A stretch of 64,000 nt of DNA from contig JAYZEG010000028.1 in assembly GCA_036337435.1 (NCBI GenBank), forward strand, positions 54,507-118,506, written 5' to 3'. Position 1 is the first letter of the stretch. Each line of letters starts with the position of its first letter. Below the pieces are notes generated by a model. The model did no database searches, was not told the origin of the DNA, and saw only the letters and a program-made list of their open reading frames with translations. A program made the translations under genes and the position numbers. This DNA is from Myxococcota bacterium (GTDB taxonomy: Bacteria; Myxococcota_A; Bradymonadia; UBA7976; UBA1532). Positions 27,867-38,070 of this stretch are shown here, piece after piece.

Positions 27867-29597
27867 TCAGCCAAAGATACTCGTGGATAGATCATGGCCG
27901 AGACTAATTGCGTTCTCATACCAGCGTGGGGTCTGACCTGAAGCCGAAAAACCATCAAATCCAGAAAATGTTTCCCCAATTTCACCATCAACATCCATGA
28001 CTTGAGTGACCCGATGTGAGCCGTCCCCGAATGAATGGAGTTGCACAATGATATCGATTCGGTTTTTGACGAGCTCCGTCAGCCGTTCTTCCGATTGATT
28101 TGAACGTGCAGCACTTTGTTTCACAATTCTTGAAAGTGCATCCTCGGGAGAGTCGGCCGAAACTCCCAGGACTCCGCCTCTCGTTGTCGAGCCCATCGCC
28201 GAGAGTGCATCGGATGGTGATGAACATGCGATGTCGGCTACAACTAAATAGTCAGGCCGCATCAACAACGCTTGTCGCAGACCAGAGCCTGAACTGGCCG
28301 TTAGTTGAACTGATTGCTCATTGGGCTTAGCAAGTCGGCCACCAGAGTCGATGCTGGCTACTCTGGTGCTTGCATCCACCTCGGCTAAAAGAGCTGAGAC
28401 AAATTCAAATCTTGCATCGAGTTCATTGCTAGAGACAACGACCACTCGACCCAATCGAACCGCAGTTGAAAGATAAGCGGCCATGTTCGCACTCAATATG
28501 CTCTGGCCGGTCAGTTGCTCAAGATCGACCTGACTCCGATTCGGTCGGTCAATGGTCACATAGGGGCCGCCAGCTGAGCTGCTTACGTAATGTAATCGAC
28601 TGCCGTCCGACAGATAGCCTTGCGCATAGGGCGAGACTGACTCGCAGCTGAGCAACCTGCGGACTGCGATGTCCATTGCATGGCTACAGGAAAAAGAAGC
28701 ACTGCTGCGTGTCGACGATCCCCCGCGCGTGATCCAAACGGAGTCCGTATCGTTAAAGTAAATTCGCTCGATGCTGGAGTCGCCAAGCAGTTCTCCGAGT
28801 GAACCGGCACCCAATGCTTCTGCAGCTCCCCTCTCGGCAACAGCTCTCGCATCAATTCCCGATATTTGGCTACAGGCTGACTCAGCCGCCTGAACCAGTT
28901 GTTCGGTCAAACTCTTGTTTGTGCCGGACTCCACATAATACGTGGGTGGGCTCTCAATTCCGTTTGTGCGCATGTATTGTCGCAGCCAACGGTAAATGGC
29001 TACCGGAGCCTCATCTGCCGATGCAGTGATTTGACTCGGCAACTCAGCAGCATGTGCGCCCAGATCATTTTGGCCGAACTCAGGCTGTGCTGCGGCAGGT
29101 TCTTGTGGCCGCCGTGCTTCTGGGGCGGCAGCAGGTGCCGGTGCCGGCGCGGGCCGCGGCGTCCTTGGTCGAGGTGCTGGCGCAGCGGAGCTCGGTTTTG
29201 GTGCTGCCGCCGGTCGCTGCGGTGGCGGTGCGGGCCGTCTCGGTGGTGGCGGTGGCGATTTTTGAGCTGGCTCAACGGCAGCAGCACTGGCCTCAGTTCC
29301 TGTGCTGGCCGGTTCTGCTGACAAAATGAAATCGCCTATATAGATTTTGTCAGTCTCCTTAATCACCATTGGTGAGGCGATTTTCCGACCGTTTACATAG
29401 GTTCCATTGGTCGACTTGAGGTCGACAATGATGAATTTGCCGTCCTTGACGACAATCCGACTGTGACGCTTGGACACGTTCTGCTTGGGTAGAATGATAT
29501 CGTTACCCTGAACACGACCAATCGTGACTTCAGTCTTATCGAATTCCTGGCGGCGTGGTTGGCCACCCTTTTCATGGATTGTGACTGCGAACGGCAT
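27867..29597 (-). CDS. FHA domain + Pro-rich linker + degenerate CpaF/TadA/VirB11-like ATPase
   Basis: IGRVQGNDI-L---VSKRH...DLKSTNGTYVNG; G-LGELL-D-SIERI, LSDGSR, ALLMRPDYLVV, ADSPEDALSR; Walker A absent. Confidence 0.8.
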   Translation of the reverse strand: MPFAVTIHEKGGQPRRQEFDKTEVTIGRVQGNDIILPKQNVSKRHSRIVVKDGKFIIVDLKSTNGTYVNGRKIASPMVIKETDKIYIGDFILSAEPASTGTEASAAAVEPAQKSPPPPPRRPAPPPQRPAAAPKPSSAAPAPRPRTPRPAPAPAPAAAPEARRPQEPAAAQPEFGQNDLGAHAAELPSQITASADEAPVAIYRWLRQYMRTNGIESPPTYYVESGTNKSLTEQLVQAAESACSQISGIDARAVAERGAAEALGAGSLGELLGDSSIERIYFNDTDSVWITRGGSSTRSSASFSCSHAMDIAVRRLLSCESVSPYAQGYLSDGSRLHYVSSSAGGPYVTIDRPNRSQVDLEQLTGQSILSANMAAYLSTAVRLGRVVVVSSNELDARFEFVSALLAEVDASTRVASIDSGGRLAKPNEQSVQLTASSGSGLRQALLMRPDYLVVADIACSSPSDALSAMGSTTRGGVLGVSADSPEDALSRIVKQSAARSNQSEERLTELVKNRIDIIVQLHSFGDGSHRVTQVMDVDGEIGETFSGFDGFSASGQTPRWYENAISLGHDLSTSIFG

Positions 29598-29757
29598 GCT
29601 CTGTCCTCGAAAGTCGACTTGGCGAATTACAACTCAATAAGATTTTTAAGTCGGTCGGGTCTGGGGTGTCAAGGTTCGCAGCGGAAAAGGGTGCAAATAG
29701 ATCAAAACAAGTCCCTTTTTTTAACGCGGGTGCGGCTCTCTCAAATTTTTCGGAGTT

Positions 29758-30945
29758 TCATTCAGGGGAGGCCGGTGAGAAGTTGTGTTCCAGCCAGACC
29801 CAAGCTGCACAGCATGATGTCGCAACGACTGCTGCTGAAGAAAACATCACTGCTTGGCCGTACCAGTCCGAAATTAAACCATACAGCGGCGTCATTCCCA
29901 CCGATGTCAGTTCCCATATTGCGGTGAATGTTGCTAGACCTATGCCTCTCAACTGATCATCCATGCGGCTTACGACCTGACTGGTGAGAACTGGGAAACA
30001 ATATCCATGGCCGAGGCCAGCCAAGAAACCGGCCAAGCAGAATTGGCTGTAGGTTTGAGCATCAGCTGCGAGGATGAATGCCAGAACGTAAGTAGATAGC
30101 GCGGGGACAACGATGTTTGACGGGCCAATCTTATCGGGCAATCGGCCGCCCAATAGACGTACCCCGACAGCACCTGTTGCGTAATAGGCCCATAGATCGG
30201 GCGCAGATTCAACGCCACGGTGACTTGCCGTCACGGTGACGTAGGTCATCAACACGGCGACTAAAGTTGAGAAAATTATAGTCGCAAACCATGTCGGAAG
30301 AAGAGTTCTTTGCGTCAGCGATGTCTTGACTTCCCCCAAGTTCGGGGACGAATCGTCCACAGTTTTTTTTCTCGACTCGGGCACCCCCAACAGGAGAATT
30401 ATGGATGCGATAACCAGACCTGAGACGGCCGGATAAATGTCGTTCATACGCTCAACTGGAATCTCGAGGCGGTAAACGAACGCATTGAAGCCGACTGGCA
30501 GGAGTCCGGATACGCCGAACAATGCGAGACCCTCTGTTCGCCTGGATGATGGAATGAAGTCGGCAACATAGGTGAAATACCCTGTAAATAAGGTGCCGGC
30601 ACCGACTCCGATCAGAACACGCGCTAGATAAATTTCAACACCTAACGAATCGATCCATCCGAGCATAAACATGCCAACCGTCAATAGAACTGTTCCGGCA
30701 ATAAGGGTCGGGCGTCGCCCGACATAATCCAAAGACCAGCCAACCAACGGTCTTAACAAGAGGCCGCCAACCGATGCGATGGCCATGATCGTACCCAGCT
30801 GTGCTTCGGTTGAGCCGAGATGTTTGATGTAAATAGGCAGCAGTAGCATCGATGACCAGCCCAGTGCCTGCATGAAATGTGCGAGTACAAGCAGTATGAA
30901 AGGACGGGTAAAAAGGGGGTCCTTCGGGCTCGGGGATATCGTCAT
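29758..30945 (-). CDS. MFS transporter
   Basis: ~12 hydrophobic helices; G-SLDYVGRR and GRLPDKIG MFS loop motifs; ATGA coupling to upstream gene. Confidence 0.9.
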   Translation of the reverse strand: MTISPSPKDPLFTRPFILLVLAHFMQALGWSSMLLLPIYIKHLGSTEAQLGTIMAIASVGGLLLRPLVGWSLDYVGRRPTLIAGTVLLTVGMFMLGWIDSLGVEIYLARVLIGVGAGTLFTGYFTYVADFIPSSRRTEGLALFGVSGLLPVGFNAFVYRLEIPVERMNDIYPAVSGLVIASIILLLGVPESRKKTVDDSSPNLGEVKTSLTQRTLLPTWFATIIFSTLVAVLMTYVTVTASHRGVESAPDLWAYYATGAVGVRLLGGRLPDKIGPSNIVVPALSTYVLAFILAADAQTYSQFCLAGFLAGLGHGYCFPVLTSQVVSRMDDQLRGIGLATFTAIWELTSVGMTPLYGLISDWYGQAVMFSSAAVVATSCCAAWVWLEHNFSPASPE

Positions 30946-31583
30946 GTTTGGGTCAGAAACCATGGCAGTGCGTTCGTTAGTCCAATACAAAAGGCCGTGC
31001 AGAGGACGCAGGTTCTCATGCGGGGCAGGCGTCGTAGGTTCACTAACCACAAGAGGAGAGACGCCTTCAAGAGACAACGCAAAAAGGGGAGTAGATAGGT
31101 CGAGTCAATTTTTGCCGACGCCGGCATTTTTGGTTCGGTGAACGAACCTCCGAGCCATGTTTGTCCATCGGTCGTCTGAGACACGATCCCATTATTCCAT
31201 GTAAATTTGTAGGTCTTCGAGCCCATGACCGTTACTAGCTCACCTGGTGTTGGCCCAAACTGGATGGTTTGATTTTTCTGTACTTCGCTCGCTTGAATTG
31301 CGAAGGGCGGCACGGCGACGAGGAAGACCCATGGAATTAAGACCCAGGGCGAGCAGCCACTTGCAGACAGGGCGATGATGCCGCCCTGTCTGCGCCAATC
31401 TAGAACCGTCCAAACGGCCGCGATGCAGGCTGCATTTGGTAATGCCCGAAGGATTTGTTGCCAAAGTTTAACTGTTCGAAGGTCGATCCAGCTTGAAACA
31501 GCTAGTATTGTGGCGATGGACAATGTAAGGACGACCAAGCGCGTGCCGTAGGCTAACGTGAGCCATTTGTAGAGAGCTGACAT
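30942..31583 (-). CDS. short LptF/LptG-like membrane protein
   Basis: LP-A--IA--WT--WRRQGGIIALSASGCSP resembles the LptF/G TM2-TM3 motif; only 213 aa. Confidence 0.5.
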   Translation of the reverse strand: MSALYKWLTLAYGTRLVVLTLSIATILAVSSWIDLRTVKLWQQILRALPNAACIAAVWTVLDWRRQGGIIALSASGCSPWVLIPWVFLVAVPPFAIQASEVQKNQTIQFGPTPGELVTVMGSKTYKFTWNNGIVSQTTDGQTWLGGSFTEPKMPASAKIDSTYLLPFLRCLLKASLLLWLVNLRRLPRMRTCVLCTAFCIGLTNALPWFLTQT

Positions 31584-31660
31584 ATTGGGATGGTGCCAAT
31601 CACTGGAGCGAAGTACAATCCATCAACACGCTAGATCACACGACCTTGAGGATAAAAGCC

Positions 31661-33088
31661 GTGAGAAAGACGAAAATTATCGCGACAATTGGGCCGGCAA
31701 CCAGTTCGAGGGACATGCTTAGTAAGCTCTTTGATGCAGGCTGCAACGTCGTTCGAATCAACATGAGCCATTCGTCACAGGATGAAGCAGCCCAGATCAT
31801 TGCGTCCGTTCGGAGTATATCGAGTCGTATCGGTATTTTACTCGATACCCGAGGACCCGAGGTCCGAACGACAGAAGTGGATGGGGAGATTGAACTCGTC
31901 GCTGGTCGAGATGTGATTGTACGTGGGGAAGAAGGCCCTACGACGACCGAAATCGTTCGTGTTAATTACTCGAGTTTTCACAGAGCGATGGAAGCCGGCA
32001 GCACGATTTTGTTAGCCGATGGCCGGATTCAACTTGAGGTTTTGGCGGCATCCAATGACCAGCTACACTGCCAAGTCGTTGCTGGCGGAACCCTCGGGTC
32101 TAAGAAAGGTGTCAATGTTCCGGGCGTGAAATTGCCCATGCCATTTTTGTCCGACCAGGATATTTCGGACATTCAATTCGGTGTGGCGCAAAAAGTCGAT
32201 TTCATTGCAGCATCTTTTGTGAGCGAGCCGGAGGATGTACTTCGAATCCGCGAGCTCGTCGCCGACGAGGGCGGTCGCGTTTCGATTATTTCTAAGATAG
32301 AAGCTCGCTACGCGATCAAAAACTTAGCGGATATTATTGCTGTCTCAGAGGGCATCATGGTTGCTCGCGGGGATCTTGGTGTTGAGATCGCCGCGGAAGA
32401 AGTACCTGTTGTCCAAAAGCAAATGATCGATGCTTGTCGAGGGGCAGGAAAGGTTGTGATCGTTGCGACCGAGATGATGGAAAGCATGATCCACAATCCG
32501 CGCCCGACGCGAGCTGAGACATCTGATGTTGCGAATGCGGTTTTCGAGGGCGCGGATGCAATTATGTTATCCGCTGAGACGAGCGTCGGTGCATATCCAA
32601 CAGAAGCTGTTGCAACAATGGCTAGAATTGCGCAGACATGCGAGGCAGAGGTGGCTCGACGGCAGAAGACGTGGCCAGGCGATCGCCGCGCACACAATAT
32701 CAGCGACATCATGTGTAAGGGGGCCTGGTTAGCTGCTCGAGAGCTGAATATGCAGGCCATTCTTGTGCCAACATCAACCGGCCGAACGGCGCGCAGAATG
32801 AGTCGCTATCGGCCGGCCGTCCCGATTCTCGTGACCACGCCTGATATGGCCGTCGCTCGAGGACTTGCCCTCAATTTCGGCGTCTATGCCTTGTCGACTC
32901 GCCACTACGGCCGAATGGAAAATATGATCCGACGTTCATGCCAAGTCATGGTTGACGAAGAGTGGCTCACAGAACAGGACCTCATAGCGGTTGTTTGTGG
33001 CGTTCCGGTGGGCCGGTCCGGCAACACCAATCTGATGACACTTCAGCACGTATCAGCACTCCTTGGTCAGCAAAAATTTGACCAATAA
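31661..33088 (+). CDS. pyk: pyruvate kinase
   Basis: RKTKIIATIGPA, RINMSH, LDTRGPEVR, SKIE, MVARGDLGVE, PRPTRAE-SDVANA. Confidence 0.97.
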   Translation: MRKTKIIATIGPATSSRDMLSKLFDAGCNVVRINMSHSSQDEAAQIIASVRSISSRIGILLDTRGPEVRTTEVDGEIELVAGRDVIVRGEEGPTTTEIVRVNYSSFHRAMEAGSTILLADGRIQLEVLAASNDQLHCQVVAGGTLGSKKGVNVPGVKLPMPFLSDQDISDIQFGVAQKVDFIAASFVSEPEDVLRIRELVADEGGRVSIISKIEARYAIKNLADIIAVSEGIMVARGDLGVEIAAEEVPVVQKQMIDACRGAGKVVIVATEMMESMIHNPRPTRAETSDVANAVFEGADAIMLSAETSVGAYPTEAVATMARIAQTCEAEVARRQKTWPGDRRAHNISDIMCKGAWLAARELNMQAILVPTSTGRTARRMSRYRPAVPILVTTPDMAVARGLALNFGVYALSTRHYGRMENMIRRSCQVMVDEEWLTEQDLIAVVCGVPVGRSGNTNLMTLQHVSALLGQQKFDQ

Positions 33089-33124
33089 CGCGCAGACTGT
33101 GTAGCGTGTAGTTAGTTTACCTAC

Positions 33125-33541
33125 ATGCACTCGCGGAGGAATGGGATGCAGCGTCAGCATCCACGCGCATTCGCGTGGTTTTATCTAAATCATTATATCG
33201 ACGGCGCACCGTTTCTTGCCCGAGCCTACAATTTGAGTCCAGGCGGCCTTGCCATCGATGGACTGAGTTGTCCGCAAAATGGTCATGCGCAGCGAGTTTT
33301 TGTGGAATTTGAGTTGCCCAACTGCACTGAACTCATTTTTTCTGATGTCGATGTCGTTTGGCGCAATCCCACGGGTGGGTTCGGACTTAAGTTCACATCC
33401 TTAGCGCCTCGATTTGCGAGGAAAATAAGAGAATATTTGAAATCTCGACAGGTGAGACGTGAAAACATTTTGATGGAACCTGATTCAACGTGTAATGCTT
33501 ATGACCAGTTCATCCCTAACCCAAGCCAGGTAAACCTATAG
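33125..33541 (+). CDS. PilZ domain protein
   Basis: RQHPR (RxxxR) and NLSPGG (D/NxSxxG), VVW, GLKF. Confidence 0.85.
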   Translation: MHSRRNGMQRQHPRAFAWFYLNHYIDGAPFLARAYNLSPGGLAIDGLSCPQNGHAQRVFVEFELPNCTELIFSDVDVVWRNPTGGFGLKFTSLAPRFARKIREYLKSRQVRRENILMEPDSTCNAYDQFIPNPSQVNL

Positions 33542-33545
33542 AAAT

Positions 33546-33869
33546 ATGCGTGTGTTAACCCCCTTGGTCAAGCCAGGCCAGCGGCTCAGAAAGCCAATCA
33601 TGAGCGGAGGTCAACTCCTTTTCGGTGCCGGAACCGAGATGTCGAGACGCTATTTAAGAGTGATTCATGAAGAAGGGGTTCGGGTCGTTGATTTGGAGAC
33701 TGATCCGCTCGTGGCAGATTGGGAAACAGTGCCGAGCGTCGATCAATACGTTCGAGGCCTAGATGAGCGCTTCAGTCATCATCAAAGAAACCGAAAGATG
33801 AAGGCACTCAAACAGGCCATAAAAGATGTCTATCTCGATTTTCTATTCGAACTTGAGATCAAAGAGTGA
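33546..33869 (+). CDS. hypothetical protein (N-terminal module often seen with HD-GYP/HDOD proteins)
   Basis: VKPGQRL-KPI---GQLL--AGT-MS; GTGA coupling to HDOD gene. Confidence 0.65.
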   Translation: MRVLTPLVKPGQRLRKPIMSGGQLLFGAGTEMSRRYLRVIHEEGVRVVDLETDPLVADWETVPSVDQYVRGLDERFSHHQRNRKMKALKQAIKDVYLDFLFELEIKE

Positions 33870-34786
33870 ATCGATATGTCGATATAGAGCCCGCTGTAGA
33901 CACGCCGGAATCAGCGGCCATTTTGGATCAGATTGGGCGTCGAATGCTCAAGCGACAAGTTGACGCGCTGAAGAGTTTACCAACATTTCCAGAGTCGATT
34001 ATGCGGATCAACTCCGTGTTGCTTGAGGACAATTCCAATCAGTCGATGGAGCAAATTGCGCGCGCGATTGAAGTCGATCCGGTTGTCACGGCCCGGATTC
34101 TTCGCTTGGTCAACTCTGCGTTTTATGGGGTTAGTGGCGCGATCGCGTCTGTCTATGACGCCCTGATTATGCTCGGATTAGATGTGGTTCGCGGCATCGT
34201 TTTGTCCAGTGCCGCGATGGACGTTGGTGGTCGACGTCGCAGTATCAATGGCCTTTGGGAACATTCCTTCGGTACGGCTGTTGCTGCATCAGCACTGGGT
34301 CGTACTCTCGGTATGAGTGGTGTAGAAGAAGCATCGGCTGCGGGACTCATGCACGACATCGGTAAGCTTGTTCTGGCAAGTCAGCTCGGGAGTGAATACG
34401 ACCGCGTTATTGCTTATGCGATCGATGAAGGCATTCACATCCGCGAGGCCGAGCTGAAGCTTCTGGGCGTCGGACACGATACCATCGGCCAGTGGCTCGT
34501 GAAGCGGTGGCGTCTACCCAACTCGCTCGCTGAGCCAATCGCTCTCCATCATGAACCTAGCCAGGCGCGGTCACACGCAGATGTCACAGCACTCGTTCAC
34601 ATGGCGGACCATATGATTCGTGGCTATGGCTTCGGTTTTGCTGGTGACAGAACCATGCCATCACTATGCGAAAAGGCATGGAAGCGATTGGGTCTAAACG
34701 AGCGAAAGCTGCGAAAGGCTGTCCAGAAGATGCACGTCGATCTTCAAGAGGCCATGGTTCATGCAAATCTGTACGTAGGTCAATGA
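33866..34786 (+). CDS. HDOD domain protein
   Basis: [47 protein letters not shown]. Confidence 0.92.
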   Translation: MNRYVDIEPAVDTPESAAILDQIGRRMLKRQVDALKSLPTFPESIMRINSVLLEDNSNQSMEQIARAIEVDPVVTARILRLVNSAFYGVSGAIASVYDALIMLGLDVVRGIVLSSAAMDVGGRRRSINGLWEHSFGTAVAASALGRTLGMSGVEEASAAGLMHDIGKLVLASQLGSEYDRVIAYAIDEGIHIREAELKLLGVGHDTIGQWLVKRWRLPNSLAEPIALHHEPSQARSHADVTALVHMADHMIRGYGFGFAGDRTMPSLCEKAWKRLGLNERKLRKAVQKMHVDLQEAMVHANLYVGQ

Positions 34787-36405
34787 CACGAGAACGAAAC
34801 AAACTGGATCGGTTACGCCAAGAGCGCGACCAGTACGCGCGGTCCGTGTCCGAACTGAGTGAAAAATTCGACGAGAAAGTGGAGGAGTTGTCCTTCGTTC
34901 GTCAGCTCGGTGATGCGCTGGGGTCTAGTCTGGACCTGAATACGCTGTGCCGGCACACGGTGGATATCGTTCAGGAGTCTCTTGGTCCAGAGAACTGCTC
35001 CATTATGTTGCTCGATGAACAGTCTCTCTATCTGGTCGCGGCCCGGGGGGCTTACGATGACCAAGCTGCGACTTTCGCCTTCGCCGCTCAAGATGCGAGT
35101 TTTGAATTAGGAGAAGGAGTTGCGGGTATTGCAGCGGCGACACAAACCCCCATTCGAATTGACAATACGGCGGATTATGAGCCGTTTATTGATGACCGCG
35201 ATCATAGAGTAATCCCGAAGAGTCTGCTGACGGTTCCCTTGCAATCCAGGGGAAAAGTTATCGGCGTAATTAACCTATCGGATTCACTCCCGGACGCCTT
35301 TGAGTCGAAGCATGAACGGATCATCGCCCTGATTACAAATGCTGTCGCCATGGCCATTGAAAATGCAATGTTGTTTTCCGAAGTCACCGAGAGCCGAGAG
35401 CGTCTGGCCAGTGAAAATCTACAGCTCAAGCAACAGTTGTCGGACCGCTTTTCTGTTGATGGGCTTATCGGAAACAGTCCGCCGTTTCGACGCGCACTGC
35501 GTCTGGTGGAGAAGGTTGCCGATACGACAGCGAATGTGTTGATTACTGGGGAGAGTGGTACGGGTAAGGAAGTTGTGGCCCGAACTGTCCATTTCAGTAG
35601 TGCCCGCAAAGATGGGCCGTTTATTGCTGTCAACTGTGCAGCCCTGCCAGAGACGCTTCTCGAAGCTGAACTTTTTGGAATCGAAAAAGGCGTTGCCACC
35701 GGTGTCGATGCACGTGCGGGTACGTTTGAGAAGGCGCATGGTGGTACGCTGTTTTTGGACGAAATTGGTGATATGTCGCCCGCAGTACAAGTCCGTCTAC
35801 TGCGCGTGCTGCAAGAGCGACAAGTAACACGTGTTGGCAGTCAACAACCTTTGTCTGTGGATGTGCGAGTTGTCTCTGCCACTCACAGAAATCTCTTAGA
35901 ACGCATAAGCGGCGGACATTTTCGGGAAGACCTGTACTACCGGCTCAAAGTCATCGAGATCCAATTACCGGCCTTACGGGAGCGTCGAGAAGACATCCTC
36001 CAACTCGCTGCTCATTTTGCAAACCGATTTGCAAAGCGCCATTCTCGACCTCGCAGGGACTTTTCGCGAGCTGCGGCTCGAGCTCTGCTACATCATAAGT
36101 GGTCTGGAAATGTTCGCGAATTAGAGCATACGATCGAACAGGCCATCTTGCTTGCAGAAGGGGAACAGATTGAGTTGATAGACCTGGGTCTAGACGAGCC
36201 AACGTCCGATGGTCTCCGTTTAGAATTGCCGGAGCAAATCGGCGAATTTCACGATACTTTAAGTGAAATTCAAGACATTGCTGAACAAGCGATGATCCGT
36301 AAAGCACTTGCGGAGACAGATGGGAACCGAACTCGCGCAGCCGCGTTGCTGGGTATCGCCCGCCGAACGTTGAATTATAAACTTCGGAAACATGAGCTTT
36401 CCTAA
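34783..36405 (+). CDS. GAF + sigma54-interacting AAA+ + Fis HTH transcriptional activator
   Basis: [65 protein letters not shown]. Confidence 0.95.
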   Translation: MTRERNKLDRLRQERDQYARSVSELSEKFDEKVEELSFVRQLGDALGSSLDLNTLCRHTVDIVQESLGPENCSIMLLDEQSLYLVAARGAYDDQAATFAFAAQDASFELGEGVAGIAAATQTPIRIDNTADYEPFIDDRDHRVIPKSLLTVPLQSRGKVIGVINLSDSLPDAFESKHERIIALITNAVAMAIENAMLFSEVTESRERLASENLQLKQQLSDRFSVDGLIGNSPPFRRALRLVEKVADTTANVLITGESGTGKEVVARTVHFSSARKDGPFIAVNCAALPETLLEAELFGIEKGVATGVDARAGTFEKAHGGTLFLDEIGDMSPAVQVRLLRVLQERQVTRVGSQQPLSVDVRVVSATHRNLLERISGGHFREDLYYRLKVIEIQLPALRERREDILQLAAHFANRFAKRHSRPRRDFSRAAARALLHHKWSGNVRELEHTIEQAILLAEGEQIELIDLGLDEPTSDGLRLELPEQIGEFHDTLSEIQDIAEQAMIRKALAETDGNRTRAAALLGIARRTLNYKLRKHELS

Positions 36406-36494
36406 ATTTTTCCCTTAAAACTGGTTGGAAACCCCATTGCGACCGCGTCTCAAATCAATGAGGCGATGTGGCAATCTTCAAATACGTTCCATGT

Positions 36495-36625
36495 GTGCAA
36501 ATGAGTGCACAATGCTTTATGGCGGCTGTGCAATCTGTTGCACTGTGTGTTAAGTATATAATTGTATTTGATTTTATGATTTTTAGGTGTTTGTTTTTTT
36601 TGCTTATGTGTGCATCACTTTGCCC
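36495..36625. promoter_or_regulatory. three GTGCA-N6-TGC(A/C)C palindromes (putative enhancer sites)
   Basis: 36495-36510, 36528-36543, 36610-36625; AT-rich tract between the second and third. Confidence 0.6.
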
Positions 36626-36667
36626 AGTTTTTCTGGGTCGGCATACTTTTTAGGTACAAATTAAACT

Positions 36668-36683
36668 TGGCACGGCAGGTGCA
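36668..36683 (+). promoter_or_regulatory. sigma54 (-24/-12) promoter
   Basis: TGGCACG-GCAG-GTGCA; GG(36669-70)-N10-GC(36681-82), ~50 bp upstream of ATG 36733. Confidence 0.75.
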
Positions 36684-36732
36684 AAGTAGTTCTGGCAGCG
36701 GACGAGAAACCCAAGGAACGGGAGAGCTTTTC

Positions 36733-38070
36733 ATGTCAACTTCGAATGCACGTTGTTATCGAATTCTGGGGCTTACCGGTGAAGAGGATATCAACCAAAT
36801 CAAGAGTGCGTACCGAAAACTGGCGCGTAAGCTTCACCCCGATATGCTCGGAGGCGATGAAGAACAATTCAAAGAGGTGACAGCTGCTTATCAACAGCTG
36901 CAATCATCTCTAGCCAATCGTGCAGCCTACAGGACGTCGGCAACCAATTCACCCAGACGACCCAGACGCCGTAGAGACGAAGCCCGGCCACGAAGTACGC
37001 AGACTCAGTCAGAGACCCCCTGGCGACCGAGTCAGCAGCAGACAGAACCCCAGTCTGCTGAGCGTGCTGACTGGTCCAGCTTCGAAAAACTCTACAGAGA
37101 GCGACTCAAGAAAAAACGCAAAAAAACTCGGTCTACAGGAACGACCGAACGATCGAAAAAACAAACCAAACAGGCGACGCAGGATACGCCTAAACCGACG
37201 GCTGGCAAAAGAAATAATGCTCCTTCAAAGCCTTCCGAACGGTCTGCACCAGTATCCGCATCGTCTGCCGCTAAGCCAAACGGTGCACGTTCATTTTCCT
37301 CGTCATCTAAAGCGAACCCCAAACCGGAGGGAATGGACACGGATTTTGCTGCTGCATGGGAGGCGTGGTGCGAAAATGCTCGTCGCTTTGATGCTCGCCA
37401 TGGTTGGCGACGTGTCGAAACTGATTCACCCCAATCAGTAAACGATGAACACCCATCAGCAGACGAATCCGATAACGACCGTGGCTGGCGGCGTTGGTTT
37501 AAGCGCGGTCTGAACAAAATCGGAAGAAATCATCAGAACAATCGCATTGGGCGCGACATTAATCTACGCCTCGCGGTCTCCGTGCCTGCTCTCTCAGCGG
37601 GCATACGAAAAGTGATTGCAGTCAAGCGTTGGGTGCCATGTCCTTCCTGTTCAGCAGAGTCCAATGAGTGCGATGTCTGCAATGGTTCAAAACGTGTAGA
37701 AGTCCGAGATACGCTTCAGGTTGATGTGCCTGCGGGTGCTAAGTACGGTTCGAAACTGAGGCTGGCTGGCAAGGGGTCTGTCCAACAAGGCGGCTCGAGG
37801 CCAGGGGACTTATACCTCGAACTAGAACCGGCCGAATTACCAGGTTTTCGCCGTGACGGTGCTGACATTCACGGAACCTGCCTCATCTCAGCCGAGCTGG
37901 CCAGAAAAGGGGGGCATGTGACCATTACCTTGGCACGAGGTGCTGTGAAAATTAGTGTGCCGGAGAGAACCTGTATCGGTGACCGGTTTAGGCTCCGCGG
38001 GCAAGGCTTGCCCCTAGGGCCAAATGGCGTGTACGGCGACGCGTATCTCACAGTGAAAGTGGAGGGCTAA
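36733..38070 (+). CDS. DnaJ-class co-chaperone (J-domain, long disordered linker, reduced Zn finger, DnaJ_C)
   Basis: IKSAYRKLARKLHPD; CPSC...CDVCNG; LRLAGKG, PGDLY, FRLRGQGLP, GD-Y. Confidence 0.85.
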   Translation: MSTSNARCYRILGLTGEEDINQIKSAYRKLARKLHPDMLGGDEEQFKEVTAAYQQLQSSLANRAAYRTSATNSPRRPRRRRDEARPRSTQTQSETPWRPSQQQTEPQSAERADWSSFEKLYRERLKKKRKKTRSTGTTERSKKQTKQATQDTPKPTAGKRNNAPSKPSERSAPVSASSAAKPNGARSFSSSSKANPKPEGMDTDFAAAWEAWCENARRFDARHGWRRVETDSPQSVNDEHPSADESDNDRGWRRWFKRGLNKIGRNHQNNRIGRDINLRLAVSVPALSAGIRKVIAVKRWVPCPSCSAESNECDVCNGSKRVEVRDTLQVDVPAGAKYGSKLRLAGKGSVQQGGSRPGDLYLELEPAELPGFRRDGADIHGTCLISAELARKGGHVTITLARGAVKISVPERTCIGDRFRLRGQGLPLGPNGVYGDAYLTVKVEG

